Shown one piece after another: positions 45,153 through 55,500 of a stretch of 64,000 nt of DNA; position 1 is the stretch's first letter, and each line of letters starts with the position of its first letter. The stretch comes from a virus. The position numbers were made by a program, and so were the translations under genes. Location of the stretch: positions 56,964 through 120,963 of the IMG/VR virus record IMGVR_UViG_3300025646_000012; one strand, written 5' to 3'. The notes under the pieces were generated by a model, which did not search any database, had not been told where the DNA came from, and saw only the letters and a program-made list of their open reading frames with translations.

Positions 45153-45707
45153 CTATGCTGCTTTAAACCATGAAGGAACTTCACGTTTGGTCCAGGTCAT
45201 TTTAAATCGTTCCTGTTTGGTTTGATAAAATGCACGATATGAACCAACAGGATCTTTGTGATTAATACACTGAGGTGCCACACCCATTGCCAATTTAAAT
45301 GGCGTAAGACCTTTCTGAGGAATATTTTTAGGTGGTGTTTTTAGAATATCACGAAGTTTTGTTTCTGTGCCGTGAATCTTACCATAACGATATGTATATT
45401 CATCACACAATGCTACAAAATGTTCATAGTGCCACATATAATTGGCAACTGATTCCATTGTCCAAATAGTGCAGGGATGTTTTGTGTGAACCGCTTTGTA
45501 AATAATACTATCCATGTTATCGGATAGTAGCCATCCGTCAACAGTCCGTTTACCGGATTTAGATGTAATTTTGGTTTTAGTACCATCCAGAATCCGATGT
45601 GCCGTGGATAGCATCTGAGCAGATTCAAGGATCATTTTTACAATATGCTTGTCACACTGCTGCTTGGCTGCAGCAACTGGATGGTAGTCAAGTACAAAAA
45701 TGTTCAT
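45153..45707 (-). CDS. Pyrimidine-dimer DNA glycosylase (DenV/Pyr_excise)-like
   Basis: MNIFVLD, CDKHIVKMILESAQMLSTAH, HPCTIW, EYTYRYGKIH. Confidence 0.75.
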   Translation of the reverse strand: MNIFVLDYHPVAAAKQQCDKHIVKMILESAQMLSTAHRILDGTKTKITSKSGKRTVDGWLLSDNMDSIIYKAVHTKHPCTIWTMESVANYMWHYEHFVALCDEYTYRYGKIHGTETKLRDILKTPPKNIPQKGLTPFKLAMGVAPQCINHKDPVGSYRAFYQTKQERFKMTWTKREVPSWFKAA

Positions 45708-45730
45708 AGTATTCTCCAAATCAACATGAT

Positions 45731-45759
45731 ATAATAATATATTTTGGATTAAATGTAAA
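45731..45759 (-). promoter_or_regulatory. Sigma70-like early promoter
   Basis: TTTACA-N17-TATTAT. Confidence 0.6.
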
Positions 45760-45840
45760 TCATTATTTTTTACTCTTTAACCATTTTGATAGATTCTTAC
45801 CTGTTATATCATCACAGGGATCGTCGCTATCGCTAGACAT

Positions 45841-46182
45841 TTAAATATTCCTTACTTGTTTTACTGCCCCAGCTATTATACTTGGGTATTTACCTATAAA
45901 AGTACCAGCTTTTAATGCGTCAAGTGTTATGAGATTTTTATGCCTATGTTCAATCTTATTCCAGTTATCAATCATTCGGTGAACCAAACGATCATACTGT
46001 GCGTCTGTAAGAATGGGATCATCTTCCACATAATAGGCATATGCTGCCATAAGAAACCAGGGTACTGTGAGATTAATGTTGGTTTCTATGGAATCAAAGC
46101 ACTTTTTGTCGCAATTTGTCTCGGTAGAGAAGAATTGTTCTAGACTCAAATTCGTATGCTTCCTTTTCCCAAGGTCGATCAA
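45841..46182 (-). CDS. Stand-alone NAD-dependent ligase domain Ia-like protein (start uncertain)
   Basis: AYYVEDDPILTDAQYDRL matches LigA YY..D.P.hSD.EYD.L. Confidence 0.6.
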   Translation of the reverse strand: MIDLGKRKHTNLSLEQFFSTETNCDKKCFDSIETNINLTVPWFLMAAYAYYVEDDPILTDAQYDRLVHRMIDNWNKIEHRHKNLITLDALKAGTFIGKYPSIIAGAVKQVRNI

Positions 46183-46510
46183 GGTATGCTACATTACTAT
46201 AGTCTTTACCTTCCCAGATAGTTTGATCGAGCCTTCCGTTTGCTGTTTGCTCAACATGTTTCATTTCATGGAACAAGGTTACTATCATTTCATCACGAGA
46301 TAGTTTATTATTTATATCCACATGGAAGCGGTGATAACCATCATCATCTTCTTCCATATCAACTGCACCACCACAGGAATTATCCTTATTGGATACAATA
46401 AAAAGATCTACCCAAACATTATTGGGTAGATCCAGATGATCAATTATAAAGCCCATAGCTTCATCTATGGTCTTTGAGTATTTTTTGCCGGTGTGGATTT
46501 CATATAACAT
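46094..46510 (-). CDS. Zincin-like metallopeptidase domain protein
   Basis: TLFHEMKHVEQ (HExxH), YLDRPWEKEAY. Confidence 0.7.
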   Translation of the reverse strand: MLYEIHTGKKYSKTIDEAMGFIIDHLDLPNNVWVDLFIVSNKDNSCGGAVDMEEDDDGYHRFHVDINNKLSRDEMIVTLFHEMKHVEQTANGRLDQTIWEGKDYSNVAYLDRPWEKEAYEFESRTILLYRDKLRQKVL

Positions 46511-46516
46511 AGTTTC

Positions 46517-46545
46517 ATACTATCACAACTAGACTATAATGTAAA
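46517..46545 (-). promoter_or_regulatory. Sigma70-like early promoter
   Basis: TTTACA-N17-TAGTAT with extended TG. Confidence 0.6.
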
Positions 46546-46548
46546 CAA

Positions 46549-47157
46549 CTATTTTTTGACTCTACTGGTATCAATGATGACGTTGTCTGGTATTTGAATT
46601 TTAATCTGATTATGTTTGTGATAAAGAACAAATTTTGTCTTTGGGAACTCTTTAAACATTTGTTCCCAGATTGGTCGCCAATTGCTGTTAAGTCTGTGGG
46701 TATTTAAAGGGCTGCGGTCAGAGAACAAATAAAGATCTGTGACACTACGGAGATTCATATCAAAGATGGAATCAAACCCATACATGTGTATTTCATCTGC
46801 TTTTAATTTGTTCGCCGCATAATGGACCGCCATATGACCACAATTAAATTCTGTGTAGTTACCTACGTATGATGGTAAATGTGTATAGAATTCTTTTACA
46901 TTCTTGGCATATTTCATGTAAAACTGTGGTTGCATCTCCATCCATTTCTTTGGTCTGAAACCTAGAATCCAATCATATGCATCCAGTTTTAATGACCCTT
47001 CGGCAAGAGCCTTCATCATTTTAAAATCAACCATTACCGTTCCATATACATCCGCAATATCAAATGCAGGCATATTACAAGTTAATTTAATTCCTGGTGC
47101 AGGTCTGTAGAATGTGGCACAATCACCATTACCAATAATATGTACAACTCTTCCCAT
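46549..47157 (-). CDS. Glycan-modifying enzyme-like protein (GT29/MptE-like Rossmann motif)
   Basis: HIIGNG, CN, NCGHMA, IHMYGFD. Confidence 0.5.
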   Translation of the reverse strand: MGRVVHIIGNGDCATFYRPAPGIKLTCNMPAFDIADVYGTVMVDFKMMKALAEGSLKLDAYDWILGFRPKKWMEMQPQFYMKYAKNVKEFYTHLPSYVGNYTEFNCGHMAVHYAANKLKADEIHMYGFDSIFDMNLRSVTDLYLFSDRSPLNTHRLNSNWRPIWEQMFKEFPKTKFVLYHKHNQIKIQIPDNVIIDTSRVKK

Positions 47158-47846
47158 TAGTGATACCAGTAGTCCTTAATCCAATTTTGAGGTTCATATG
47201 TCGCCAAAGGTGTTGTAACTGAATGTTCCAATGCCTGGACAATACTCGGCCGACCGTGAAAACAAATGATTGAGACATCTTTTTTCGGAGGGCCAGGATA
47301 TATATCATATTTGTAGGACTTTAGTTTACCAGGATATTCATGCTGTAGTAGTTTACGATGATATGGATTAATCTTAGTATTTAGATATTCACCATCGCCT
47401 CTAAATTTATTTTTTAGAATATCATAGTTCATTACAAAATCAGTATAGATGAAAGAGTTGGCATGGAAATCCCAAGCCATAACCCCAGTTTGTAGAACAT
47501 TTTTCAGATGCTGTTGCCATGGATTTACGGCACCAACATCCTCAATTCCCATGAACCAGAAATTCTTTTCAAATAGAAAATCAATATTACCAGTAATCAA
47601 CGTATCAAGGTCAAAATAAACCACGTGATCAGCCACGTGTAGTTTAGGATCAAATAGCTGAAGTTTATTCCACCAACCTTCAAATCCTGGTTTCAGTCTG
47701 ACGGTTTCAACCCCAGGAATAGCTCTATCACTATAGCAAACAAAACGGACTGGATCTGTCACATTTCGTTCTACCATTGCTTTTAGGTTATACACATAAT
47801 CTACAGAGAATTTGTTACCCCACCATACACAAACTACTGCTTTCAT
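47157..47846 (-). CDS. GT-A glycosyltransferase-like
   Basis: CVWWGNKF, GWWNKLQLF, YFDLD, GDGEYL, CFHGRP. Confidence 0.75.
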   Translation of the reverse strand: MKAVVCVWWGNKFSVDYVYNLKAMVERNVTDPVRFVCYSDRAIPGVETVRLKPGFEGWWNKLQLFDPKLHVADHVVYFDLDTLITGNIDFLFEKNFWFMGIEDVGAVNPWQQHLKNVLQTGVMAWDFHANSFIYTDFVMNYDILKNKFRGDGEYLNTKINPYHRKLLQHEYPGKLKSYKYDIYPGPPKKDVSIICFHGRPSIVQALEHSVTTPLATYEPQNWIKDYWYH

Positions 47847-47847
47847 A

Positions 47848-48504
47848 TTAGATTTCCTCTATTACATAATCTTTAGTATAGCCGTGTTTTGCCAAACAAC
47901 CTTTAGTATGCTGAATAGTACTAAATGAATCTTTACACTCTACTGGCCAAGGATAATATTCCTCAAGCCAAGGAAAGTTTTCAAGCCGAAGAAATACGTC
48001 AGTCGGTTCTGCATTATCTTTAGCATGTTTAATTAATGCTTTAGCTCCAGAAACCGTTAGCCGATATGCATGAGCACCTGGAAAATAAATCTTTGATGTA
48101 AGAGTATTTACGCCCACCTTTTTTGGCGTTTTAAATTTACCGTATGATGGTTTACCTAGATTAACACAGCCTTTAAAATTAATAAAATCTGGAATTCGAT
48201 CTACAACTACAGCATCATGTTCAAATACTGTAATTTCATGATTTAGTTCTACACACTTTTTCCAGGTTGAGTAATGTGAAAAGAATGCTGACATACAGTT
48301 TTCCAACCGAGAATATTGTTCATCAAAACGTGAAGGATTAATGCCTTCATCTTTAAATTTTTGTTGAATATTATCCTTTGGTGTAATTGCTTGAAAGTGG
48401 TGGCATTCGATTCCAAACCTAGTAGCCGATTCAATGCATCGCTTGGCTGCGGCTACAGATCGTTCATTGTCCATAATGGTAATAACATACGCCTGTGTTT
48501 TCAT
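47848..48504 (-). CDS. Glycosyltransferase family 25-like
   Basis: AYVITI, SHYSTW, VFEHDA, GAHAY. Confidence 0.75.
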   Translation of the reverse strand: MKTQAYVITIMDNERSVAAAKRCIESATRFGIECHHFQAITPKDNIQQKFKDEGINPSRFDEQYSRLENCMSAFFSHYSTWKKCVELNHEITVFEHDAVVVDRIPDFINFKGCVNLGKPSYGKFKTPKKVGVNTLTSKIYFPGAHAYRLTVSGAKALIKHAKDNAEPTDVFLRLENFPWLEEYYPWPVECKDSFSTIQHTKGCLAKHGYTKDYVIEEI

Positions 48505-48511
48505 AATATAA

Positions 48512-49414
48512 TCACTTTGTTGTGGTTGAAGCAGAGCCTTGAACTTTAGTAAAATAAGGAAAATAATGTTGCAACCAAGGAAAAAATTGCCGACACATTA
48601 ATGCATCATTTGGCCATATACCTATTTCAGAAGTTTTTTCCAGAAGTTTTTTAGCAGCCCATGGTTTAATAATATAAGCAGAATTACCCGGAAGACCAGA
48701 AGGTAATGGTATGTCACCAGGTTCATCAACATATGGGACTGTAGCAAGACCATTTTTTAATGGGTCTGATGTAGTTCCTATTGTGTGTTCAAGTTTCATA
48801 TGAAATATGCCGCTTTTTCTTGTAGCACCTCTAGGATCATTTATACCACAAATACCCCCAGTCCATTCTCCTACAGGATTTAAATTTGCAGATTCAATTT
48901 CATCATGTCCATAATATTGATTTCCATCTTTTTTACCACACATTGCTATTTTAATATATTTAAATTTTGTTATAAAATAGGCATCGTGTTCTAAAATTAA
49001 AATTGGTTCATCCAAATCAATACAATGTTGCCAAAGTTTCATATGACTTATTGAACACGCAGCAACTTTTCTCCAATCTGCTGCAGCATATGCTCTTTTA
49101 TAAATTCCAGTTGAAAAATCAATGCCATCCTCAGCCGGAGTTTTTGGCCAAGTATATCTTAGTTTTCCTGTTTTGTCATATAAAGTTTTAATATATTCTT
49201 TATTAAAATTACATATAATATCTAAATCAATTGTTTCAGGTGTTGTAGCAGGAACAATAAATGGTTGTATTTGTGATTTCGTAACATTTATAGAATGAAG
49301 TAAATTACGAGTTGTGTACTGTGCTTGAGAATTATTCATTAATGAAATAATAAATGCTTTTATTATAAAATCATTATGGCCATGATCAAGCTTATACATT
49401 ATTTCCTCTGTCAT
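48512..49414 (-). CDS. Glycosyltransferase family 25-like
   Basis: ACSISHMKLW, ILEHDA, GNSAYII..AAKKL. Confidence 0.75.
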   Translation of the reverse strand: MTEEIMYKLDHGHNDFIIKAFIISLMNNSQAQYTTRNLLHSINVTKSQIQPFIVPATTPETIDLDIICNFNKEYIKTLYDKTGKLRYTWPKTPAEDGIDFSTGIYKRAYAAADWRKVAACSISHMKLWQHCIDLDEPILILEHDAYFITKFKYIKIAMCGKKDGNQYYGHDEIESANLNPVGEWTGGICGINDPRGATRKSGIFHMKLEHTIGTTSDPLKNGLATVPYVDEPGDIPLPSGLPGNSAYIIKPWAAKKLLEKTSEIGIWPNDALMCRQFFPWLQHYFPYFTKVQGSASTTTK

Positions 49415-49415
49415 A

Positions 49416-49991
49416 TTATTTTTTCTTTAATACAGTATAACCAACATTTGTAATACCGCGTTCAATAATTTCCCAGTTATTTTCAGAGGCAAATTTTTTT
49501 AAGCATTGATAAAGAGAATCATTGGGTTTACCATTTATAATACTGGTATCATGAGCAATAATATATTTACGAACATTAGGCCCGTGAATATTTAATTCTC
49601 TTTGCATATGTGTCGGATGATGATAGGAATCAATAACCAACATATCCGTCATATTAATTGTAGCAACACTAGTTGAATCTATTTCTCTTACAATAAGTTC
49701 AATATCGTTCTTGTCACAAAAGTCTGATGCAATAGGTTCAAGAAACTTACGGTACCTTGACATATCCATATCAACAAGATATACTCGATTCGGTTTACAA
49801 AGCATGGCTGCAGAAGCGGTACCCCCTTGGTGTGTACCAAGTTCCATATAGCTTTTACACTCTTTCATATATTTTTTAATTGCATCATGAATTTGACAAT
49901 AATCGGCTCCGTGAGCTTCTTCTTGCTGTCTACGGATTTCACTGTTGAATTCCTTTAACGATTTTACATGACTTAAATCTGCATTAATCAT
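49416..49991 (-). CDS. Class I SAM-dependent methyltransferase (Methyltransf_24-like)
   Basis: MELGTHQG, LVIDSYH, IIAHDT. Confidence 0.7.
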   Translation of the reverse strand: MINADLSHVKSLKEFNSEIRRQQEEAHGADYCQIHDAIKKYMKECKSYMELGTHQGGTASAAMLCKPNRVYLVDMDMSRYRKFLEPIASDFCDKNDIELIVREIDSTSVATINMTDMLVIDSYHHPTHMQRELNIHGPNVRKYIIAHDTSIINGKPNDSLYQCLKKFASENNWEIIERGITNVGYTVLKKK

Positions 49992-50008
49992 TTCATATCC
50001 TCAAATGT

Positions 50009-50037
50009 ATAATATCAAATAACTTCTATAATGTAAA
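50009..50037 (-). promoter_or_regulatory. Sigma70-like promoter
   Basis: TTTACA-N17-TATTAT with extended TG. Confidence 0.6.
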
Positions 50038-50040
50038 TCG

Positions 50041-50868
50041 TTAACCTTCGTTCGGCCAATTTTTATTTACAGGTAGTTGCCATTCAGATACTGGTTTATT
50101 TGTAATTTGCCATAGAGATTCCTCTGGCCAATCATCTGCCGTTCTAAACATAATATGTACCAATTTAGTATTTGCGGTACGAGTATCATTCACAGTAGCA
50201 TTTGGGTGGGATCCTAACTTATGAACGTAAGAGTTCCAATTATTATCCAATGCTTTAAATTTAAAACCACGCATATGAATGAATGCAGAGAAGTAATCTT
50301 GGAATAGAAGATAAAATCTAGGGAATCCAGCTCTACGAACTACATTAACATATTCTTGGAATTTTGGCCAATTCTTTTTCATTTTAGCCAAACCATTTTT
50401 GGATATAATAACAACACCAGTATTATAAACCATGGGACGACCATCAATGTCACGTGAATATTCAATTCCCCATTGTTTCTTTAGAAGTGCAGCCCAATTG
50501 GAATCATTACTATTTGTAATACCAGCTACATTATAGATTTGTCTAAACTTTGGTTGCATAGGCTCGGTACAAATACCAGCATCTTCGCCATTTAGTTCTT
50601 CGAAGATATTCTGAGTTAAGCCTTCAACTGGAAATACATCAATATCAACCAAAGCAATATTATCATACTTATCAAAGAATCCATCAACAAGAGGATTTGC
50701 CGGTTCATAATAAATCGGAATATCTACTACTTGACTTGCCATTTCGATATTATGATCAAACCGATATTCAGCACCAATACGATCAGCATATTCTTTCATT
50801 AGCTTGGTACTTGCTTTCACACCAGGTTTCATTGGACCTTTCCAATATTGATAGATGATGTTTCTCAT
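50041..50868 (-). CDS. GT-A glycosyltransferase-like
   Basis: YADRIGAEY, VDID, YNTGVV, QD, WN. Confidence 0.7.
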   Translation of the reverse strand: MRNIIYQYWKGPMKPGVKASTKLMKEYADRIGAEYRFDHNIEMASQVVDIPIYYEPANPLVDGFFDKYDNIALVDIDVFPVEGLTQNIFEELNGEDAGICTEPMQPKFRQIYNVAGITNSNDSNWAALLKKQWGIEYSRDIDGRPMVYNTGVVIISKNGLAKMKKNWPKFQEYVNVVRRAGFPRFYLLFQDYFSAFIHMRGFKFKALDNNWNSYVHKLGSHPNATVNDTRTANTKLVHIMFRTADDWPEESLWQITNKPVSEWQLPVNKNWPNEG

Positions 50869-51875
50869 TTAAACCTCTTTCTAAATCTTTCTACTGTGGC
50901 CAATGCCGAATTAATTGCCTGATGCATATCGATGTAAACATACATACCACATCGACCTATAAATTCCATATTCTCTGTAGGAATGGCTTTATATCGTTCA
51001 TAAAGCTTTCTATTCTTTCCGTTAATATCTTTTACTGGATAATATCTTTCATAATTATTATCCACATAATCACAGGGTTCCTCGTATGTTAATGAGGTCC
51101 AATGATTATTTATCCCGTGATATGGAAAATTTTTCCATTCTGTGGTTCGAGTATATTTACTATCATTTGTATTATTTACAACGGCAGTCGGTAATACCTT
51201 TACCATAGGAATATCTATATGGTGAAATCTAATGGATCTATAAGGCAATCTACCAAAAATGTAATCATAGTATTCATCAATCGGCATAGAATTAAATGTA
51301 TAGTCAAATCCATATTCCATACCATCATCATAACTTGTGTTTAAATGATATGTGATATTTGGGTGATTTAGTATTTCTTTAAAGATAGCTGTGTAGCCAT
51401 TTTTTGGCATAAAGTTATACTTATCATTCGGAAAGTAATATTCATTATCATCATTACGGATAGGAATTCTATTTAAAATTCCTGGATCTAATTCCTCAAT
51501 GTCTTTATTCCACATTTTTTTAGTATATGGGCGATAAAAGGTATCTACAATATTTTCCTCACCAACAATTCTTTTTGTTTCATTATTTACAGGAATTGTA
51601 ACATAATCACCATTAGATAATTGTGCTTTTACTTTATGCTTATATTCTACCCACTCACCGAATTGGGTAATCCATTCTGCGGCTTGTTGTGAATTGGTGT
51701 GAAAGATATGCGGTCCGTACTTATGAACTCGAATGCCTTTATCATTTACATAATCATACGCATTACCACCAATATGATCACGTTGGTCAATAATTGTAAT
51801 CTTATGCTCATCTTTAGCAAGTTCATGAGCTATTACGGAACCTGAAAATCCAGCACCAATAATAAAAACCTTCAT
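50865..51875 (-). CDS. glf: UDP-galactopyranose mutase
   Basis: GAGFSG, HIGGNAYD, HKYGPHIFHT, YYPV, GRCGMYVYIDM. Confidence 0.92.
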   Translation of the reverse strand: MKVFIIGAGFSGSVIAHELAKDEHKITIIDQRDHIGGNAYDYVNDKGIRVHKYGPHIFHTNSQQAAEWITQFGEWVEYKHKVKAQLSNGDYVTIPVNNETKRIVGEENIVDTFYRPYTKKMWNKDIEELDPGILNRIPIRNDDNEYYFPNDKYNFMPKNGYTAIFKEILNHPNITYHLNTSYDDGMEYGFDYTFNSMPIDEYYDYIFGRLPYRSIRFHHIDIPMVKVLPTAVVNNTNDSKYTRTTEWKNFPYHGINNHWTSLTYEEPCDYVDNNYERYYPVKDINGKNRKLYERYKAIPTENMEFIGRCGMYVYIDMHQAINSALATVERFRKRFK

Positions 51876-51887
51876 ATCAAATTCCTG

Positions 51888-52490
51888 TTATATTGATTCC
51901 AAATTACCTGAAAAAGTAATTCTATATTCATCTGAGGTATAAAATGGCATTACCGAATGTTGTAATTTGGCGGGAAAAACACATATAGTTTTTTCCCATG
52001 TTTTATCAACCCTTAAAGTTAAACTCTCTACAGTATCTTCTAATTCGTAATGAAAATTAAAACATCCATTTATTGTTTTACTATCTAACTTGAAAAAAGT
52101 TTCTTCATCCTCCGCAATATATGGAATTTTATACCAAATTACAAAACTAAAATCGCCGCCATGAAGATGGATTGGGTTAAATTCATATTTTTTTTGATAA
52201 TTAATCCAAAATTTTTTAATTTTTAATGTTTCATATTTTGAATCAAGAAACATATCTAATTTTAAAGATAAATCAATAATATAATTATTAAATTCATGAT
52301 TTATTTTGTTTGTGTGATCAATTGTATATGATGAATTTAAATGACCTACTAATTGGCTTGTTAACTCATCGGTATGCCTCATATTTACATACAAATCCAT
52401 TAAAGAGTGAAATTTATCTGGCAAACTTTCAATAATATAGCCTGTTTTTCTATTTGGTGTTGGTAGACTCTTAAATTGAAATTTTTTCAT
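51888..52490 (-). CDS. Putative 2OG-Fe(II) oxygenase
   Basis: WINYQKKYEFNPIHLH, FPAKLQHSV, RITFSGN. Confidence 0.75.
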   Translation of the reverse strand: MKKFQFKSLPTPNRKTGYIIESLPDKFHSLMDLYVNMRHTDELTSQLVGHLNSSYTIDHTNKINHEFNNYIIDLSLKLDMFLDSKYETLKIKKFWINYQKKYEFNPIHLHGGDFSFVIWYKIPYIAEDEETFFKLDSKTINGCFNFHYELEDTVESLTLRVDKTWEKTICVFPAKLQHSVMPFYTSDEYRITFSGNLESI

Positions 52491-53161
52491 GATAAAATTC
52501 CAGAATTTACTAAATCTTTATAGTTTTGTATCTTTTCTCTTTTCGGTCCTTGTGGAGTAATTTTAGTACGGATATGAATAAATCCTGCCTTTTCCGGATT
52601 CGGTAGGAAACTACACTGACACCACTTTGGATCTAAGTAAGTCCCTTCAGGTTTTACACCTGCTCTATTTGCAAGGACGTGCATAATACCTTCATCTTCA
52701 AAATGATATAGTTTATTAAATTTCAGCATCCAAGATTGGTTTGTATTTAAACCACCACGTAACCTTTGTCTCAAGCTTCTATTCATCTTATAGATCGCAC
52801 CACCCCAGTATGGAGCGTTGATATTTCCAAGCATAGGGTATAATTGTACTAATTGCTTATGAAGTCTTTGTTGTACGGTATGATATAATCCAACACCAGG
52901 TAAATCAAATATATTTTCAGTCATTCCTTTTGGCGCAAACATATCAATATCAAGCATAAGCACATCGTCGTATGCATCAAATTCCTTTTCAATCATATAA
53001 ACCTTTTGACAGGGTGCTGTAAGATTTTGATTAAAAGGTTTGCCTTTTACTAATTTATATTCAGCATCTACCATTTGAGCATATTGCTTAATATTTTGGA
53101 TTGACAAATAATCCAATTCCCTTAGTTCGCCATCAAAGTGCTGAAGAATAATATTTACCAC
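52487..53161 (-). CDS. GT-A glycosyltransferase-like
   Basis: YAQMVDAEY, MLDID, DEG, FIH. Confidence 0.65.
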   Translation of the reverse strand: MVNIILQHFDGELRELDYLSIQNIKQYAQMVDAEYKLVKGKPFNQNLTAPCQKVYMIEKEFDAYDDVLMLDIDMFAPKGMTENIFDLPGVGLYHTVQQRLHKQLVQLYPMLGNINAPYWGGAIYKMNRSLRQRLRGGLNTNQSWMLKFNKLYHFEDEGIMHVLANRAGVKPEGTYLDPKWCQCSFLPNPEKAGFIHIRTKITPQGPKREKIQNYKDLVNSGILS

Positions 53162-53754
53162 GGCTTGGTCGCCTCTACCACCGCAGAATGAAGTGCGCGG
53201 ATTTGACCTGGAGTATCAATGTTTTTAAATGCAGGAAATCCACTACGCTGATATTCATATTCACGGATATTAGTAAAACCCTGTTCCGAGAATACATTCA
53301 TTAATTCTTGCTTACCCCAAAGATACTTATGTTCACCATTCTGATGTAGTAGACCCAAAGCGCATTGTTCTTGTTTGGACTTATGTTCATTGCCTGGCGG
53401 CGGAAACTTATGTCTCACTACATAAAACTCATAATAATGTTGTACGAAGGGGTGGTTGGATAGATCTTGTGGAGATCGTAACCATTCAACAAAATCCATA
53501 GGAGGCCAAACGGTACGAATTACACCTCCCGGCTTGAGTACTCGGTACATCTCTCGGATAAAGTTAATGCCTTCATCACGCTCAAGATGTTCAATAAAGT
53601 GTTCATTATAAACCCCACTATATGTGTTATCATCTACACCTTTCATGGGTAGATTACGCATATCATACACATAGCATCCTGGCATAGGAACATCACGGAC
53701 TGCATCCCAGTTTAACCCGCGTTTCTTTGATGCTGCAATCTCCAGTAATCTCAT
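53155..53754 (-). CDS. SAM-dependent methyltransferase (type 11-like)
   Basis: EHFIEHL, YRVLKPGG, VEATK. Confidence 0.8.
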   Translation of the reverse strand: MRLLEIAASKKRGLNWDAVRDVPMPGCYVYDMRNLPMKGVDDNTYSGVYNEHFIEHLERDEGINFIREMYRVLKPGGVIRTVWPPMDFVEWLRSPQDLSNHPFVQHYYEFYVVRHKFPPPGNEHKSKQEQCALGLLHQNGEHKYLWGKQELMNVFSEQGFTNIREYEYQRSGFPAFKNIDTPGQIRALHSAVVEATKPW

Positions 53755-54536
53755 TCTACTAATCTCATTAATTCTTCAATATTTTCACCTTCATTCGGAA
53801 TAATATCCTTATGAAAGAAATGTAGGAAATGGCACTGTTTCATTTTATCATGTGGAATGGCATTAAATAATCCATTCCATTTCCAATCCAAATGTTGTAG
53901 ATTCATCTTTTCTTCACGAATCCAAACATTTAATAGAGTCTGATCTGTTGACCATTTCCACGCACCTAACCCATCAATAAAGCCTTTGAATCTAGGCCGA
54001 CGAAGAAATTGCATTGGAGTTTCGCCGTTCAGATATTTGGCAATGGATTTATTCATTACCATCATACCCATATTAAAGAACTCAGCGCCGTATTGATTCC
54101 ATTTCCAATCAACATTCTTAATTGTCTGGTACTGCATTTTGGAATAACCAGTAATCTTTTTAAAGTAATTTGCTGTAAGAGGCATTTCTCTTTCAATCAC
54201 ACCAGCAAAATCTGTTTCTGGTTTTAATTCATCAAACACATTTGGTGCATCTGGACGGATCCAAATATCACCATCAATGATAGCAATTTGATCATAGTCT
54301 CTGAAATAGGCAAAAGCATTTTCTTTTTCATAGATTGGAAGATAGCCACCGTGTTTTTCATATGATTCTTTACTACGATTCATCTGAAATACATCTGGTT
54401 TGATCATAAGAATAGGTGTACGCTGACAAATATAATCAGCACCAATTCTTTTTGCATATGCTTCTACACTTGCTGTGCAGTGGTCATATAGTCGTTTACG
54501 CTTACCAACATAAACCTGATAGATTAATCTTTTCAT
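53751..54536 (-). CDS. GT8-like glycosyltransferase
   Basis: IIDGD, FFNMGMMV, DQTLLN, WN, FLHF. Confidence 0.75.
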   Translation of the reverse strand: MKRLIYQVYVGKRKRLYDHCTASVEAYAKRIGADYICQRTPILMIKPDVFQMNRSKESYEKHGGYLPIYEKENAFAYFRDYDQIAIIDGDIWIRPDAPNVFDELKPETDFAGVIEREMPLTANYFKKITGYSKMQYQTIKNVDWKWNQYGAEFFNMGMMVMNKSIAKYLNGETPMQFLRRPRFKGFIDGLGAWKWSTDQTLLNVWIREEKMNLQHLDWKWNGLFNAIPHDKMKQCHFLHFFHKDIIPNEGENIEELMRLVE

Positions 54537-54540
54537 AGTA

Positions 54541-55500
54541 TTACCTATAATCATTCAAATCAAAATTAGTTCCATGCATCTTATAAAGATCTCTGTCGTG
54601 ATTTGTATAAATCAAAACTTCTGGATCATCAATTAGAAAATCACAGGATTTACAGAAATCTGGATATTCACCCATCTCGTGTTGTTTTCTTAGTTGATTA
54701 TATTTATCACCATACCAAATCTTTTCTAATGGTTCTTCAGAAAGATGGCCAAGTACCGCTTCATCGTCTCGTCCCAATACTTGACAGCAAGGATGAATAG
54801 CTCCAGTGGCCCCATCAAGACCACCAGCACGGATAACCACATCAGGACTAAAAGGCCGCCCACAAGTTTTAATGGCACCCTTACGATCGTACTCAGGACT
54901 ATATACACCAGACCAATTATGCATTTTCCAAATCTCTGTTTTAACGCCAGCCGAATTAACAATCTTAAGGTATTGATCTCGTTCGTAATTGATCTTTTCA
55001 TTGTCGAGGATAAGATGGTATGTAGCAATCGTGCATCCTGACCCAGTTCTTTCAACATATTCTTGTGTTTCATGTAAGTTCTTCACCACTTTACTAAAGA
55101 ACGGACTATTCATCCATTTTGCATAGGTCTCTGCATTATATCCAATAATACTAAATCGAAAGAAATCCGCTCCAGCATCAATTATATCCTGCATAAATTG
55201 TCCGGACATTTTGAGTCCGTTGGAAAACATAAATGCCTTGGCCCCATATTTCTTTACAATAGCAATATACTCTGGAAGATTACTATTGAGTGTAGGTTCA
55301 CCAGACCCTTCAAGATTTACAACATTTAAACCTGCTTCTGCACATTGTGCTACTGCATCCTCAAATTCATCAAGAGACATTTTACGAAGCCAATTTTTAC
55401 CACGAGCTCCTGTTTTACCATCTGGTGTAGTTTGCGGACACATTTGACAGGTATAATTGCAACCACCGTTAATCTCAATTACTGCTCTATCAATTTGCAT
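54541..55500 (-). CDS. Radical SAM/SPASM protein
   Basis: CNYTCQMC, GSGEP, CGRPF, PCC, CKSC. Confidence 0.88.
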   Translation of the reverse strand: MQIDRAVIEINGGCNYTCQMCPQTTPDGKTGARGKNWLRKMSLDEFEDAVAQCAEAGLNVVNLEGSGEPTLNSNLPEYIAIVKKYGAKAFMFSNGLKMSGQFMQDIIDAGADFFRFSIIGYNAETYAKWMNSPFFSKVVKNLHETQEYVERTGSGCTIATYHLILDNEKINYERDQYLKIVNSAGVKTEIWKMHNWSGVYSPEYDRKGAIKTCGRPFSPDVVIRAGGLDGATGAIHPCCQVLGRDDEAVLGHLSEEPLEKIWYGDKYNQLRKQHEMGEYPDFCKSCDFLIDDPEVLIYTNHDRDLYKMHGTNFDLNDYR

